Origin: Balanoglossus misakiensis
Taxonomy: Eukaryota; Animalia; Hemichordata
Assembly: GCA_040954595.2 (NCBI GenBank)
Contig: CM082581.2
Coordinates: 12,026,286-12,090,285, forward strand
Direction: 5' to 3'
DNA length: 64,000 nt
The translations under genes were made by a program, and so were the position numbers. This document shows positions 39,301 to 49,670 of the stretch, one piece after another. Numbering within the stretch: the first letter of the stretch is position 1; the number at the start of each line of letters is the position of its first letter. The notes under the pieces were generated by a model, which had not been told where the DNA came from, did not search any database, and saw only the letters and a list, made by a program, of their open reading frames with translations.

Positions 39301-42300
39301 AAGTGTAGCCGATGCGGCCAGACAATACGCCTTGCAAACAAAACGCTGGATCATACTTCCACTGCACAGTACATTGTCAGTTGCTGAGCAAGACAAGGTT
39401 GGTGGTAATTCCATTTATGTCTTCTCTGGTGTGTTGATAAGCTATATATATATAGACTCTCAAAGTACTTCCACATAATTGATACATTTTGTTTTATTAT
39501 CCAGGTGTTTGATGTTGCGCCTGATGGTGTACGCAAATGCATTGTGTCCACAAATATTGCAGAGACTTCAGTCACCATTGATGGTGTCAGGTTTATCGCA
39601 GATTCTGGCAAGGTAGGATCAGTGCCCTGAAAGCCATTGTTAAGTACACAAAAACTGATGATGTACTGCTTTATGTTCCATTCACGAGTACACATGCATC
39701 TATAACCAATGGGCCTAATACTTTCTAACATCCTTGTACCAGGTGAAAGAGATGAGTTATGATCCCAAGGCTAAGATGCAAAGACTACAAGAATTCTGGA
39801 TCAGTAGAGCAAGTGCTGAACAGAGGAAAGGAAGAGCAGGTATAACATGGAAATCTTAGCAGAGATACAATTCACTCAACCATATCCACACGGTTTGCCT
39901 GTCTTTCCTACAATAGTAATTTCAGCATCTTCTATCCAAATACACTTCAGAGATTACATGTATCTCAGAGCTGGTAATTTACCCATGATGTGTGTTATGA
40001 CAGGCAGGACTGGTCCTGGTGTGTGTTTCAGGCTGTACGAGGAATCTGACTACAATGCTTTTCAAGAATACACAACACCTGAAATCCACAGAGTTCCTTT
40101 GGATACCCTGATACTGCAGATGATAGCCATGGGATTGCCCAATGCGAGAAGGTCAGTTGAACATCCAGGTGTCATTGTGGAATGAAATATTACAAGAGAT
40201 GGGTGAGGTCAAATGTAACCTGATATATAAAATATTATTTTCCTTTCAGTTTTCCTTTCATTGAGCCACCAGCCGTGTCAAGTATCGAGAACTCAATAGT
40301 TTTTCTGAAGGAGCAAGGAGCCCTAACCAAAGATGAGACCCTAACACCAATTGGGAAGATGCTGGCACAGTTGCCTGTTGATGTAGTCATAGGCAAAATG
40401 CTCATTATGGGAACTGTTTTTCATGTGAGTATTCTGACAGATGAAAACTGCCTTCATTCATTCAACTTTGCAAATTTTTGCTGTATGTTTCTAATTAAAA
40501 ATGTACATAATAATTATGTTTTGCAGGTGATTCACCCTGTCTTGTCAATTGCTGCAGCACTGAGTGTACAATCCCCATTCACCAACAGGGCATATAATAA
40601 CCATGAAATTGCAGTAAGTGGAAACAATTATCTCAAAGTAAATTCACGTGGGCTTCATGAAACCCTTTCCTTTCTTACGACAATTACAATGAGAATATCT
40701 CCTTTTTTCAGGCCGCAAGACGTCCTCTAGAGTCAGACCATGGCGATCCTTTCACTTTACTCAATGCCTATGATGAATGGATCCAGGTAAGGTTATCCAA
40801 ATATAATTGTTTGTGTTTGTTTTTTGAGTGTGGGACTTGGGGACTTGTAACTGTGCCATCATTGGCTCTGACTTTAGCACTTAATATCATAAACAAAATG
40901 AGATTAATAAGGTAGACTGTTTTGTTGTTTTGGCAGGTGAAATCTGAAGGGAGGGGTTCTTCTCGTAAATGGTGCAAGAGAAGAGGTCTTGAGGAACAGC
41001 GATTCTACGAGATGTCCAAACTTAGACAACAGTTCAAGGATCTGTTGAAGGTAATGACACCAGTTTCAACTAATGTCCATTTATTGATAATAGACCATTT
41101 TCTGAACTGCACGAGACCCTGCAAGATCTCACAATGCGTGCAAAACCTACCGGTATTTACATGCTATTTGTTCCCAGGATAGTGGTTTATTGGGTTTGGC
41201 GGGGGAGGACAGACAATACAGCAGCCTGGAGAGAAACCTGAGAAACATGGAAAAGGAAAAACTGAAGAAAATGAAGAAAGAACAAAAACATGCTACAAGA
41301 AAGAGGAAAGTCCTTAAAGTAGAACAAGAGGTAACAGCATTGACTGCTGTCGACATCTTCAAATGTGCCAAGTTTAAATGATTGGTGTTTATGTTGTTTT
41401 TTTTATTCTAACTCAACCAAGTGTGTGTTCCACTGTTTTTCAGGACTATGAACTTAGTGACAATAATGACGATGAAGGAATTGACATAGCTGATATTGAT
41501 TTCAAATTGACACACGACATTGATCACATGAAGGTAAGTGAAGATCTTATTAAAACTTGTTTCATTAAATACTCAACATTTACCCATAGTACAGTGTACC
41601 AATTTCTAAGTTTATATTGTGTTGTAAATTTTTTTTCCCACCAGGAAATCGCCACAGTGAGTCGTAGTTTTACCCTGCGAGACATCAACTTACTCAAAGT
41701 GATTCTATGCAGTGGCTTATATCCCCAGATTGCTATAGCTGATGAGTGCAACTCCTACAAGAAAGACTCAGATCAAGTCTTTCACACCAAGGTATGTGTA
41801 ACTGGCTTTGAGCACTGTGTTACAGGTACATCATGGCCGAGTGTCAAGTTCATGTACACCGATATTGTTTGGCAGGGTCTCTCTGAACAGTGGGAACAAT
41901 GCCAATGGTACGTTTATAAATAGAAGTGTCCCACATGTGCAGTTCAGATGACATTCCCCCTTTAAGCTCCGACTCCATATATTTATTCTCAAACCAAACA
42001 GTCCAAGCCGTTCGTGGTGTTGCATCCCACCAGTGTGTTCGCCAACAACCCAGATATCTTGGAGCCAAGGATCGGCATTCAGAATGAAACAGACACAACT
42101 CGGATGAAATTCAGTAATCAACACGAGCTCCTCTCATTTGTGTGAGTATACCACAGTCCTTCAAAAGGTTCAGCATCATTCTCTCAAACGTTCTTGTTCA
42201 TGTAGCCTTGTACATTATTTTGAAATCTTTGTTTTTAAACAGACAGGAATATCCTGGGTAAACTATTATTTGATTTGATTTGATTTAAAACAGGTCATTA

Positions 42301-45300
42301 CTGGAGACCAATAAACCCTACTTGATGAGTACAATGAGAGTTCCAGCCCTGCAGACAATGATTCTATATTCGCAGAGTATTGACACAAATCATGACTGCA
42401 CCAGGTAAGCAAGAGAATGATAGGTTATGAATGTTAACTTATTCACAAGTGAAATGAACACAGCTCAGTCGTTTTCACATACTGTATTGAGATAAATTTT
42501 TCCCTTCTGTGCTGCACATGTTACGTTAGAAATCCAAATGCTTCACTTGCAGATTTTTTTTATTACGGGCCCAAGCCAAGCCAGGCTTGGGCCCGTATTG
42601 GTTTCGTTGGAGTTTTTCTTTCTTTATTCTTATGTCAATCTTTGCTCTCCTAGATCTCTGAAACGGCTACAGGTACACTTCTCAAACTTGCTACAGTGGT
42701 CAAGGTCAATGAGTAGATGTGCAGTGGCTTGTGAATATTTAATTAGTCACGTGACCTGGCGGCCATATTGGATTTTCTGAAAATGTTTAAATGGCTTCTT
42801 CTCAAAAACCACAGGGCCAATCAAGTTCAAATTTGGTGTATGGTACACATGTTCTCTGCCCTTCAAAGTTTGACAATAAAATCCTGAGCGGTCACGTGAC
42901 TTTGGCCGCCATATTGGATTTTCGAAAAAGTACAGTAAAATCTTCAAAAATCTTCTTCTCCAGAACCGGCAATAACCGAGTCATGGGATTTAGGGTATGA
43001 CATCACCTAACTGATGTCTATCAAGTTTGCGAAGAGCGTTGTGATTGGTCGAAGATTATGGCGGCCATATTGGATGTTGTAAAAACCAGTGAAAATTAAG
43101 AAGTCATTTTTCTAGTCTAAAAATAGATAGCATACAAATTCTTTTTGTGGATATGAGTCGTCATATGACTAGAATATGTTGCAAATTTTTTGGCAATTTT
43201 CACATGACCTTTGACCTACTTTTTCAAGAACCTGCATATATGCATATATAGCTCATACTACCTGTTCTAAATGTACCAGAGTTCTGATTTTTGTGCACAT
43301 TGGTATGACCCCTGCCAGGACCTACCCCAAATATTTTGGTAATTTTGGCAATGACCTTTGACCTACTTTTGACACATCGTTTTTTCTGCATATCTAATTC
43401 CAGGCTAACCTATAGGGCTATCATTTTGGTTTTTGATGTATGTGGATTTGTATGTGATCAAAAAATTTCGCTACTTTTCATGACCCCTTTGACCTCTGCT
43501 GACCTCATTAAATATGTGCATACCTAATTACAGATGAACCAATAGACCTAGAGGTTTGGTTTCTGTTGGACATGGACCAGTATTGGGTCAAAAAATTTTG
43601 CCCAAATGTTGGGTGACCTCGGGTGACCTTTGACCTACTTTTGCATATCTCGACATCCACAGCAGATACAGCCTTCGCGTTTGGAGGTATGGGGCCATAA
43701 TGAAAAGCCAAAGTTTTTTGTCACCTGTGACACCTGCTTAACTCATTATTTATGTGCATACCTAATTCCGGGCTAACCAAAAGGGCTAGAGGTCTGGTTT
43801 TTGTTGGACATGGACCACTATGGGTCAAAATTTTCTGCCCAAATTTTGGGTGACCTCAGATGGCCTTTGACCTACTTAACACTATATCAGCACCAAACAT
43901 AGATAGAACCTTGATATTTCATGGGATAAAACACAGCATTATGTTTCTACTCATTAATTATGTGCATATCTAATAATCTGATCAGATAATAGAGCTTGGG
44001 CCCGGACAATGCTGCTTGCAGCTTTAATTTTATTCTAGGATTGTTGTGGATGAGTGGATTAATTTCCAATTCAAACAGAGTGAATCGGCCCAGTATCTGT
44101 TATCTAGTGCCGTGCAACTCAGATCAACCTGGCAAAGATTACTACAGATGAAACTTGAAGGTTAGTTTCTATAGTAACCATCAAACTGAGCCTGTTCAGT
44201 ACACATATATTGATCTTAAATTCCTTTCCCAGTTTTGGAAAGAAGACAAGTAACTACACAGGTACATTGACTGACACATATCATTTTCCTTTCCTTTGAA
44301 TCTCCAGATACACAATCAATGTCAGGTGACAGGTCAGGTGATAATTTTCCAGTGAATCTCAATGTGCTGAGATTAGAGAGAGTTCTAGCGAGTAAATTAT
44401 CAGAGCTGTTGGACAGCGATGTACAGTATAGTGTGAGAAAACTGCGTTCTACTGAATTGTCTCATCTGTATGTCGGTACAGATGATCGTAAGTATAGTTC
44501 ATGGTTAGCATTAGCACGCTCATGACATAAGACCTATAATCATCATAACGTCTATCACATAGGTTGAGAATTAGGCCTTTAGGAGACATCAAATGGATTA
44601 ATTCCATCATTTTCCCCCTTTACAGAGCCTGATGATTCACAAAGCCAAGCTGACAACTTTTTCCAACTTCAAAGCTCAGACTGTCGACCACATCCAACCA
44701 AAGGGGGAACTCAGGTCAATGATTACCTTACCTATGGATGGTGAGTCAAATTTACTTTCACTTAAATGATGCTGTCCCCAATCCATTGCAAAATATGTCT
44801 ACGTCACTGTATTTCTGGAAACATTTCAAGCCTACCTTTCCCAATTTAATGTCTGCAGTAAAGTCAAACCACCTTGTTTGAAATAAAGTGAACACCACAA
44901 CAACCCAGGGCTCAAGTGTGATATATACATCACTGTGCAACCCAAGTCATTATTTTATTGTCTTCCTATGGTTAATCACTGTAATTTTATTTCAGTGTGG
45001 TAGATGAAGACATGACCTCTAGAAGGGAAGGGATCCAGTCCGTCATGAGAAAACACTGGACCTGTCCAACTTGTAACGAGAGCATGATTGTCACAGTGGT
45101 TGAGAAAATACAACATGAAAGTCAATGCACTGCCGATCCAGGTATGGATAAATTTACAGCATTATGTTCACAGCTGGCTTTTCAAATAGGTGGAGACAAT
45201 AATAAATTTTGTGTATATTTACAGAAACCAAAGAAGATGAGAAAGGAGATGAAGGTAGATCCAGTGGAAGCAGACCAACCGAGATGCGTCATTTGAAGAA

Positions 45301-45388
45301 GTCATATCATTGCTCAGAATGCCAGCAAGACTTCCAGTTTACTGCCGTCGAGATTTTGAAGCACAAGAGATCACACAAGAATGTGTGA
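36381..45388 (+). CDS. DHX34: DEAH-box ATP-dependent RNA helicase DHX34 (NMD factor, SMGL-2 orthologue), ~1306 aa, 26 exons
   Basis: Exons: 36381-36982, 37110-37192, 37360-37512, 37696-37778, 37905-38042, 38231-38420, 38574-38791, 38981-39034, 39170-39397, 39505-39612, 39743-39839, 40004-40151, 40250-40424, 40527-40613, 40712-40786, 40937-41050, 41178-41330, 41444-41533, 41645-41791, 42002-42141, 42294-42404, 44039-44160, 44308-44487, 44626-44740, 44996-45141, 45225-45388 (3921 nt, all GT-AG, phases consistent). Helicase motifs [56 protein letters not shown]34-type N-terminus ([18 protein letters not shown]) and C-terminal WTCPTC..H and YHCSEC..HKRSH zinc-finger-like motifs. Confidence 0.95.
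42555..44030 (+). mobile_element. Non-autonomous Helentron-associated (HINE/DINE-1-like) element in DHX34 intron 21
   Basis: T-rich start. 14-bp perfect hairpin TACGGGCCCAAGCC (42564-42577) / GGCTTGGGCCCGTA (42584-42597). 3' subterminal copy GCTTGGGCCCG (43994-44004), then short hairpin GCTGC-TT-GCAGC (44011-44022) and T-rich end. Internal repeats (GGCCATATTGGA-type x3; ~125-bp units at 43516-43641 and 43754-43877; recurrent TGACCTTTGACCTAC). The intron is 1634 nt versus ~75-250 nt for the other DHX34 introns. Confidence 0.75.
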
Positions 45389-45587
45389 TTTTGTGTGCGT
45401 TGTCAGTCACCCCATTTTCACAGATAAGAATATTTTCTTGTCATCTTTTGCTTCTTTCACCTTTGCACTCTGACCCTTCAGGGACCTATGATGTCATTAT
45501 GGAGTTTTTATCCACGCCATCTAATCAACAACGAAGAAAATCAGATTGTGACCTTCACTGCCAACAAATCATGACTTCTGTTAATAC

Positions 45588-45602
45588 AATAAAATATTTA
45601 TT
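45588..45602. terminator. Back-to-back polyadenylation signals between convergent DHX34 and SoxH
   Basis: AATAAA (+, 45588-45593) and TTTATT (-, 45597-45602). Further candidates at 45665-45670 (+), 45703-45708 (-) and 45738-45743 (-). Confidence 0.4.
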
Positions 45603-45766
45603 CCTGTATCATGTCATTCACAAAAACATACAATTCATTTGATTATTTGAATATCAATGATATAAATAAATTGCCAGTATTTTTCATACACTGTCTTGCT
45701 CATTTATTTACTAAGGTCTCAGCCCAAGCATGTTAATTTTATTTTTTCATAACCAGCTTATTCTTA

Positions 45767-47199
45767 CTATTTTTTAGGCTCTAGTTTTGAAGAGATGACT
45801 GTTTTTTCTTGGGATGGTTTATAGGTGACAGTATGGACAGGACTGAGAGTACCGTCCCACAGAGTTGGTTCTAGGTCCTGCAGAAATCTCTCAAAATGTG
45901 GCATACTGCTTATGCTCTCAGAGGAATGACTGGACTGGACTTTGCTGTGGTCCTGGGGAGATCCGTTGTCACTGTAATCTAAACACTCTTCGTGATCAAA
46001 TTCATTCATATCCTGCAAATCTTCCCCCACTTCGTCCTCCTCCTCGTAAAATTGTCCGAACATAGGATCGTCTTCATATATCTCAGAATACGGCCGTTTG
46101 TGGCCATCTTCAGAGATTGACTCGGTGGCCCTGCGAAGTTCCTCCTCGTCAATGATTGGTTGACCAGATTCGCCCACCTGGTTTTTCGCCAGCCACTCCT
46201 CAATGAGCCTGTAATCTTTCTCGTCCATGCCGGCCAGACCTTGGTTCACCTGTGACACGTGAGCAGGTCGTTGATTGACCTGTTGGTAATTTGAGGGTGG
46301 CATGTTGCATCGCTGCACAGGATAGATTCTCATGTCGTTTCCTAGTGTTGCCGTACACGACTGGGGTAGGTTGATGATCTTTGCAGTGTCGGGTGAAGAG
46401 GTGATGATGTGGCCAGTGTTGAGAGGCAGCTTGTTCACTGCTGATGAACTGACAATATATGTACCCTTAGGATGACCTTGGTAATGGAGTAGCTGTTGAA
46501 AGATATCAGTCATGAAATTTATGTTTTCATTTACAAATTGCTTTGGCTAATTCGACCAATAGATGCACAATTAAAACAAAGAATTTTACCGGTGGTGGCG
46601 CACTCACACTCCCTGGTTGGACCAGTCTGATTGTCTGTCCAGTCGTCGGTCCCTGTCTCAAGACGGTTGTTCCAGAATGGAGAAGAGGGGTGGGCGTAGG
46701 TACTTGTCCATGTGTTGCGACAGGCCCTGTCAATAAAACATGAATACAAAGACTGGTTAGATACGAAATGGTAAAAGAACACCGAATTAAAAATATGATA
46801 AAAGTGAAATTATAAAACATACGCATTCCGCTCATTGTTGAAGTGGGTGTATAACCCGATGCGATCCGTATTCCTGTCGCTGGTATCGTGTATCTGTTGG
46901 TTGTCATGGAGACAGCGTCTACACTAGAGTAAGGTGTTTGTTGATAGGTCGGAAGTCCAGTGCTCACTGACGGGATGGTCCTCTGAGTAAACATAGGATT
47001 CATTGGTATGATTGAATTCAAACGCCGTCTTTTGGGGGGCCTTGGTTGGTAAACCCATCCTGAAAAAATAATATTATGGTGTCAGCGATTGGTATTTTGT
47101 TTAGGGGTTTGATACACGTGCCTCTGGGTTGCTAGGAAATGTGATATCTTAGGCAAATATTTTGTTTTGGTTGATTGACTGTTATTTGTGATGATGATA

Positions 47200-47252
<53 letters not shown>

Positions 47253-48243
47253 AATTACCTGGGTGGTCCTTTTTATGCTTATCTTTTATTTTCTGTGCTT
47301 CTTCGTAGTACGGTTTCTTAGCATCACTGCTCAAATTGTTCCACACTTCACCGAGTTTAACGCTGATTTCAGCGTTGTTCGCTGTCGGGCATTGCTTGGC
47401 CAGCAGCGGCCGGTAAATCCGAGCCCAAACCATGAATGCATTCATGGGTCGCTTGACATGGGTAGGGTCAGTGTTACGTCTTCCATAATCTGAAATTAAA
47501 AGGTGAAAATTTTAACAAAAATATCAATCAGTGTCATTGCTACAAAATTGTATGATTTTCATCGACATCCCACTCCTATACTAACCTAATGATGTCTCAT
47601 TTAACGTCGACGTCAAGCATTCTTGCGATGTTAGGCCTAAACTTGGATTTGTCGGAGGCGAAGTTCGAACTGCGGTTGGCATCGTCAGCGAAGTCACGTC
47701 AATAGTTCGTAAACCAGTGGTACTTGCGGGCGAAGTTAGCGTCTTTGCTGCAGAAGGGGTGTACGTTACCGTTGTCACGGCAACAGTTTTCTGAGCCCCA
47801 AACGTGGCTACAACATGGTTACTGGTCGTTGCTGTACTTGTAAAGACTACTTTTAGCGGCGTGCCAACAGGTGGTTGTCTCCTAGCAACGGTGCATGGCG
47901 GCGCATTACAAGTCCTGGCAACAGTTTGGAAAATCGGGTCTGTTGGTACTAAAGTCTTTACTTCTGCAATATGGGGCACATCTGTTTTTTGAGGAATAGG
48001 TACAAAGTTAACTTTCTTTGCCGTTTCCAAACGCAAGGGGACGGAATCTCCACCACTAAGAACTCTGCCCTCTGTGGCAGCTGTGGAAGTATGCGTGTCC
48101 TTTGTATTTCCATCTGATGTCTCCGCCGTCTTCACGACAATCATAGTTTTCGCCTTCGTCGCATCATCACCAACTTCGTTTCCGTCGACACTGGTCAATT
48201 TAGCCGCGGTTGACATCACTCGACACTGTTTGTATTGTTGCAT
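45767..48243 (-). CDS. SOX30: SoxH / SOX30-type HMG-box transcription factor, ~660 aa, 5 exons
   Basis: Exons (minus): 47586-48243 (start ATG at 48243 or 48216), 47259-47489, 46823-47059, 46590-46726, 45767-46492. Spliced HMG box [80 protein letters not shown] carries the group-H signature ([24 protein letters not shown]). T/V/P-rich N-terminus and acidic C-terminus. Confidence 0.92.
47189..47252. repeat. (ATG/CAT)n trinucleotide microsatellite in the SoxH intron that interrupts the HMG box
   Basis: ~21 triplets starting a few nt inside the donor at 47258; this produces the spurious poly-His and poly-Met ORFs. Confidence 0.92.
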
Positions 48244-49670
48244 TGAACTGCACAAATGTTCTCCTGTGCCCCGCTTCCACGATGACAATAACACAAAGAC
48301 AATCGAAACGTAGAACAATTGTGTCCAGGTCTTGTTCTCGAACTTCAAGGGACGCGCGTCAATGTGTGATGTCATCGCTAGGAACATAAAATGCCCACAT
48401 TGACACACACCGACATGACTCTCGTGTTGAACATAGCTCAAACTTGGAAATGACAAGTATAGTGTGGTATAGTGTGCTCGAAAATACTCTTTTCAAACTT
48501 TATCAGAACCAGGGCCAGGGGCGCACGTGCAGGGCGTGTGGTTTTTCATGCACTGGAGGTTGTACGATTTCATGCGATGAAAATATATTTACTAGGAAAT
48601 ATATTTCCATAAATTAAAGTGATGAATATTGCAACAATTAGCTTGCAATATATGAAGACTAGATGGACATATCAGGACTCCTAAAAATATGTACATGTAG
48701 TTGAGAAATCCACCCCAACAGCTATTAAAAAGCGCCCAAATCCAGAAAAGGTCAAAAGTTCACTTAATTTTCCCACGGAATAACGAATGCGATTGCTGTT
48801 AAGCAGGATCCCCTGGGAGTGAGCTCTATGTGTTGTTAGTTGCAACATTGTGTCCACAGGATGTACGCTTTGTTACATGTTGAAATTTGACACGATTGGC
48901 AGATAACTAGGATACGCCCACATCCGATTTATTTGCATATGAATAGAGAATACGCCACCCGGGTTGGTCCAAAGTTCCTGAGCTTTTTGATTGACAGCAA
49001 TATATCGTTACAAGAAGATTTATTTCTTGAAATCTCCACAGACGACACCATAGACAGCCAGTCACCCGGAGCGGGAAGACGTGATATTTGTTGCCTAAAT
49101 TTGACAAATTGTGACTATTAATAAGTTCTCTGATATTCGATTTCCAGTGGATATATTTGATCAGTACAGGGTACGTATTCTATCAATCTCAATGTTTTCG
49201 ATTGGCAATTATGCAGTGCGCGTGTATTTTTATTTTACGCGCTAAAACACTCAGTGACAATGTTTGTCCAGTCTGTTCTGTCACAGCCGATCGTTATTAT
49301 TTTCCCATTGGAAATATCGTCGTGAACATGTGCCAACATTTGCATAACGTTCTAGAGTTTGAAATGTTATCTATAAATGTGAGTATTACTGAAAATATAT
49401 CAAAACGTTTCAGTCATCATATTCTACATGATAAACAAATAAGCAGCCAACTCGTCTGGAATCTCGAGTTATGTTCAAAATTTGTGCGGAGAGTGCAGTG
49501 TAGTGATTTTTGCGTAGTCTCCTGGACTTGATCGGATTGCAACATACAACGAAAATATGTCATATTTCATTAGGATTTTCTGTGTACTATTGCACTGGAA
49601 ATCGATCAACAACAAAAAGATCGCTGAAATTCGCAATTATGGGCACTCAGTTACATTTTACATACAGAGA
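48244..49670. promoter_or_regulatory. Shared divergent (candidate bidirectional) promoter region of SoxH and Dmrt
   Basis: Head-to-head start codons ~1.4 kb apart. DM-site-like GCAACATTGTGTC (48842-48854) and GTTACATGTTG (48872-48882). SOX-type AACAAT at ~48314 and 48633. Regulatory function is inferred. Confidence 0.5.

Noticed and set aside
43200-43880. Recurring TGACCTTTGACCT resembling nuclear-receptor DR1 sites, or a CRISPR-like spaced repeat
   Set aside because: These are internal subrepeats of the Helentron-type element, with irregular spacing and related spacers, in a eukaryotic context.
47182-47493. Poly-His tail on the HMG ORF and the poly-Met ORF on the + strand
   Set aside because: Both come from an intronic (CAT/ATG)n microsatellite; the HMG box continues in the next exon (WVYQPR).
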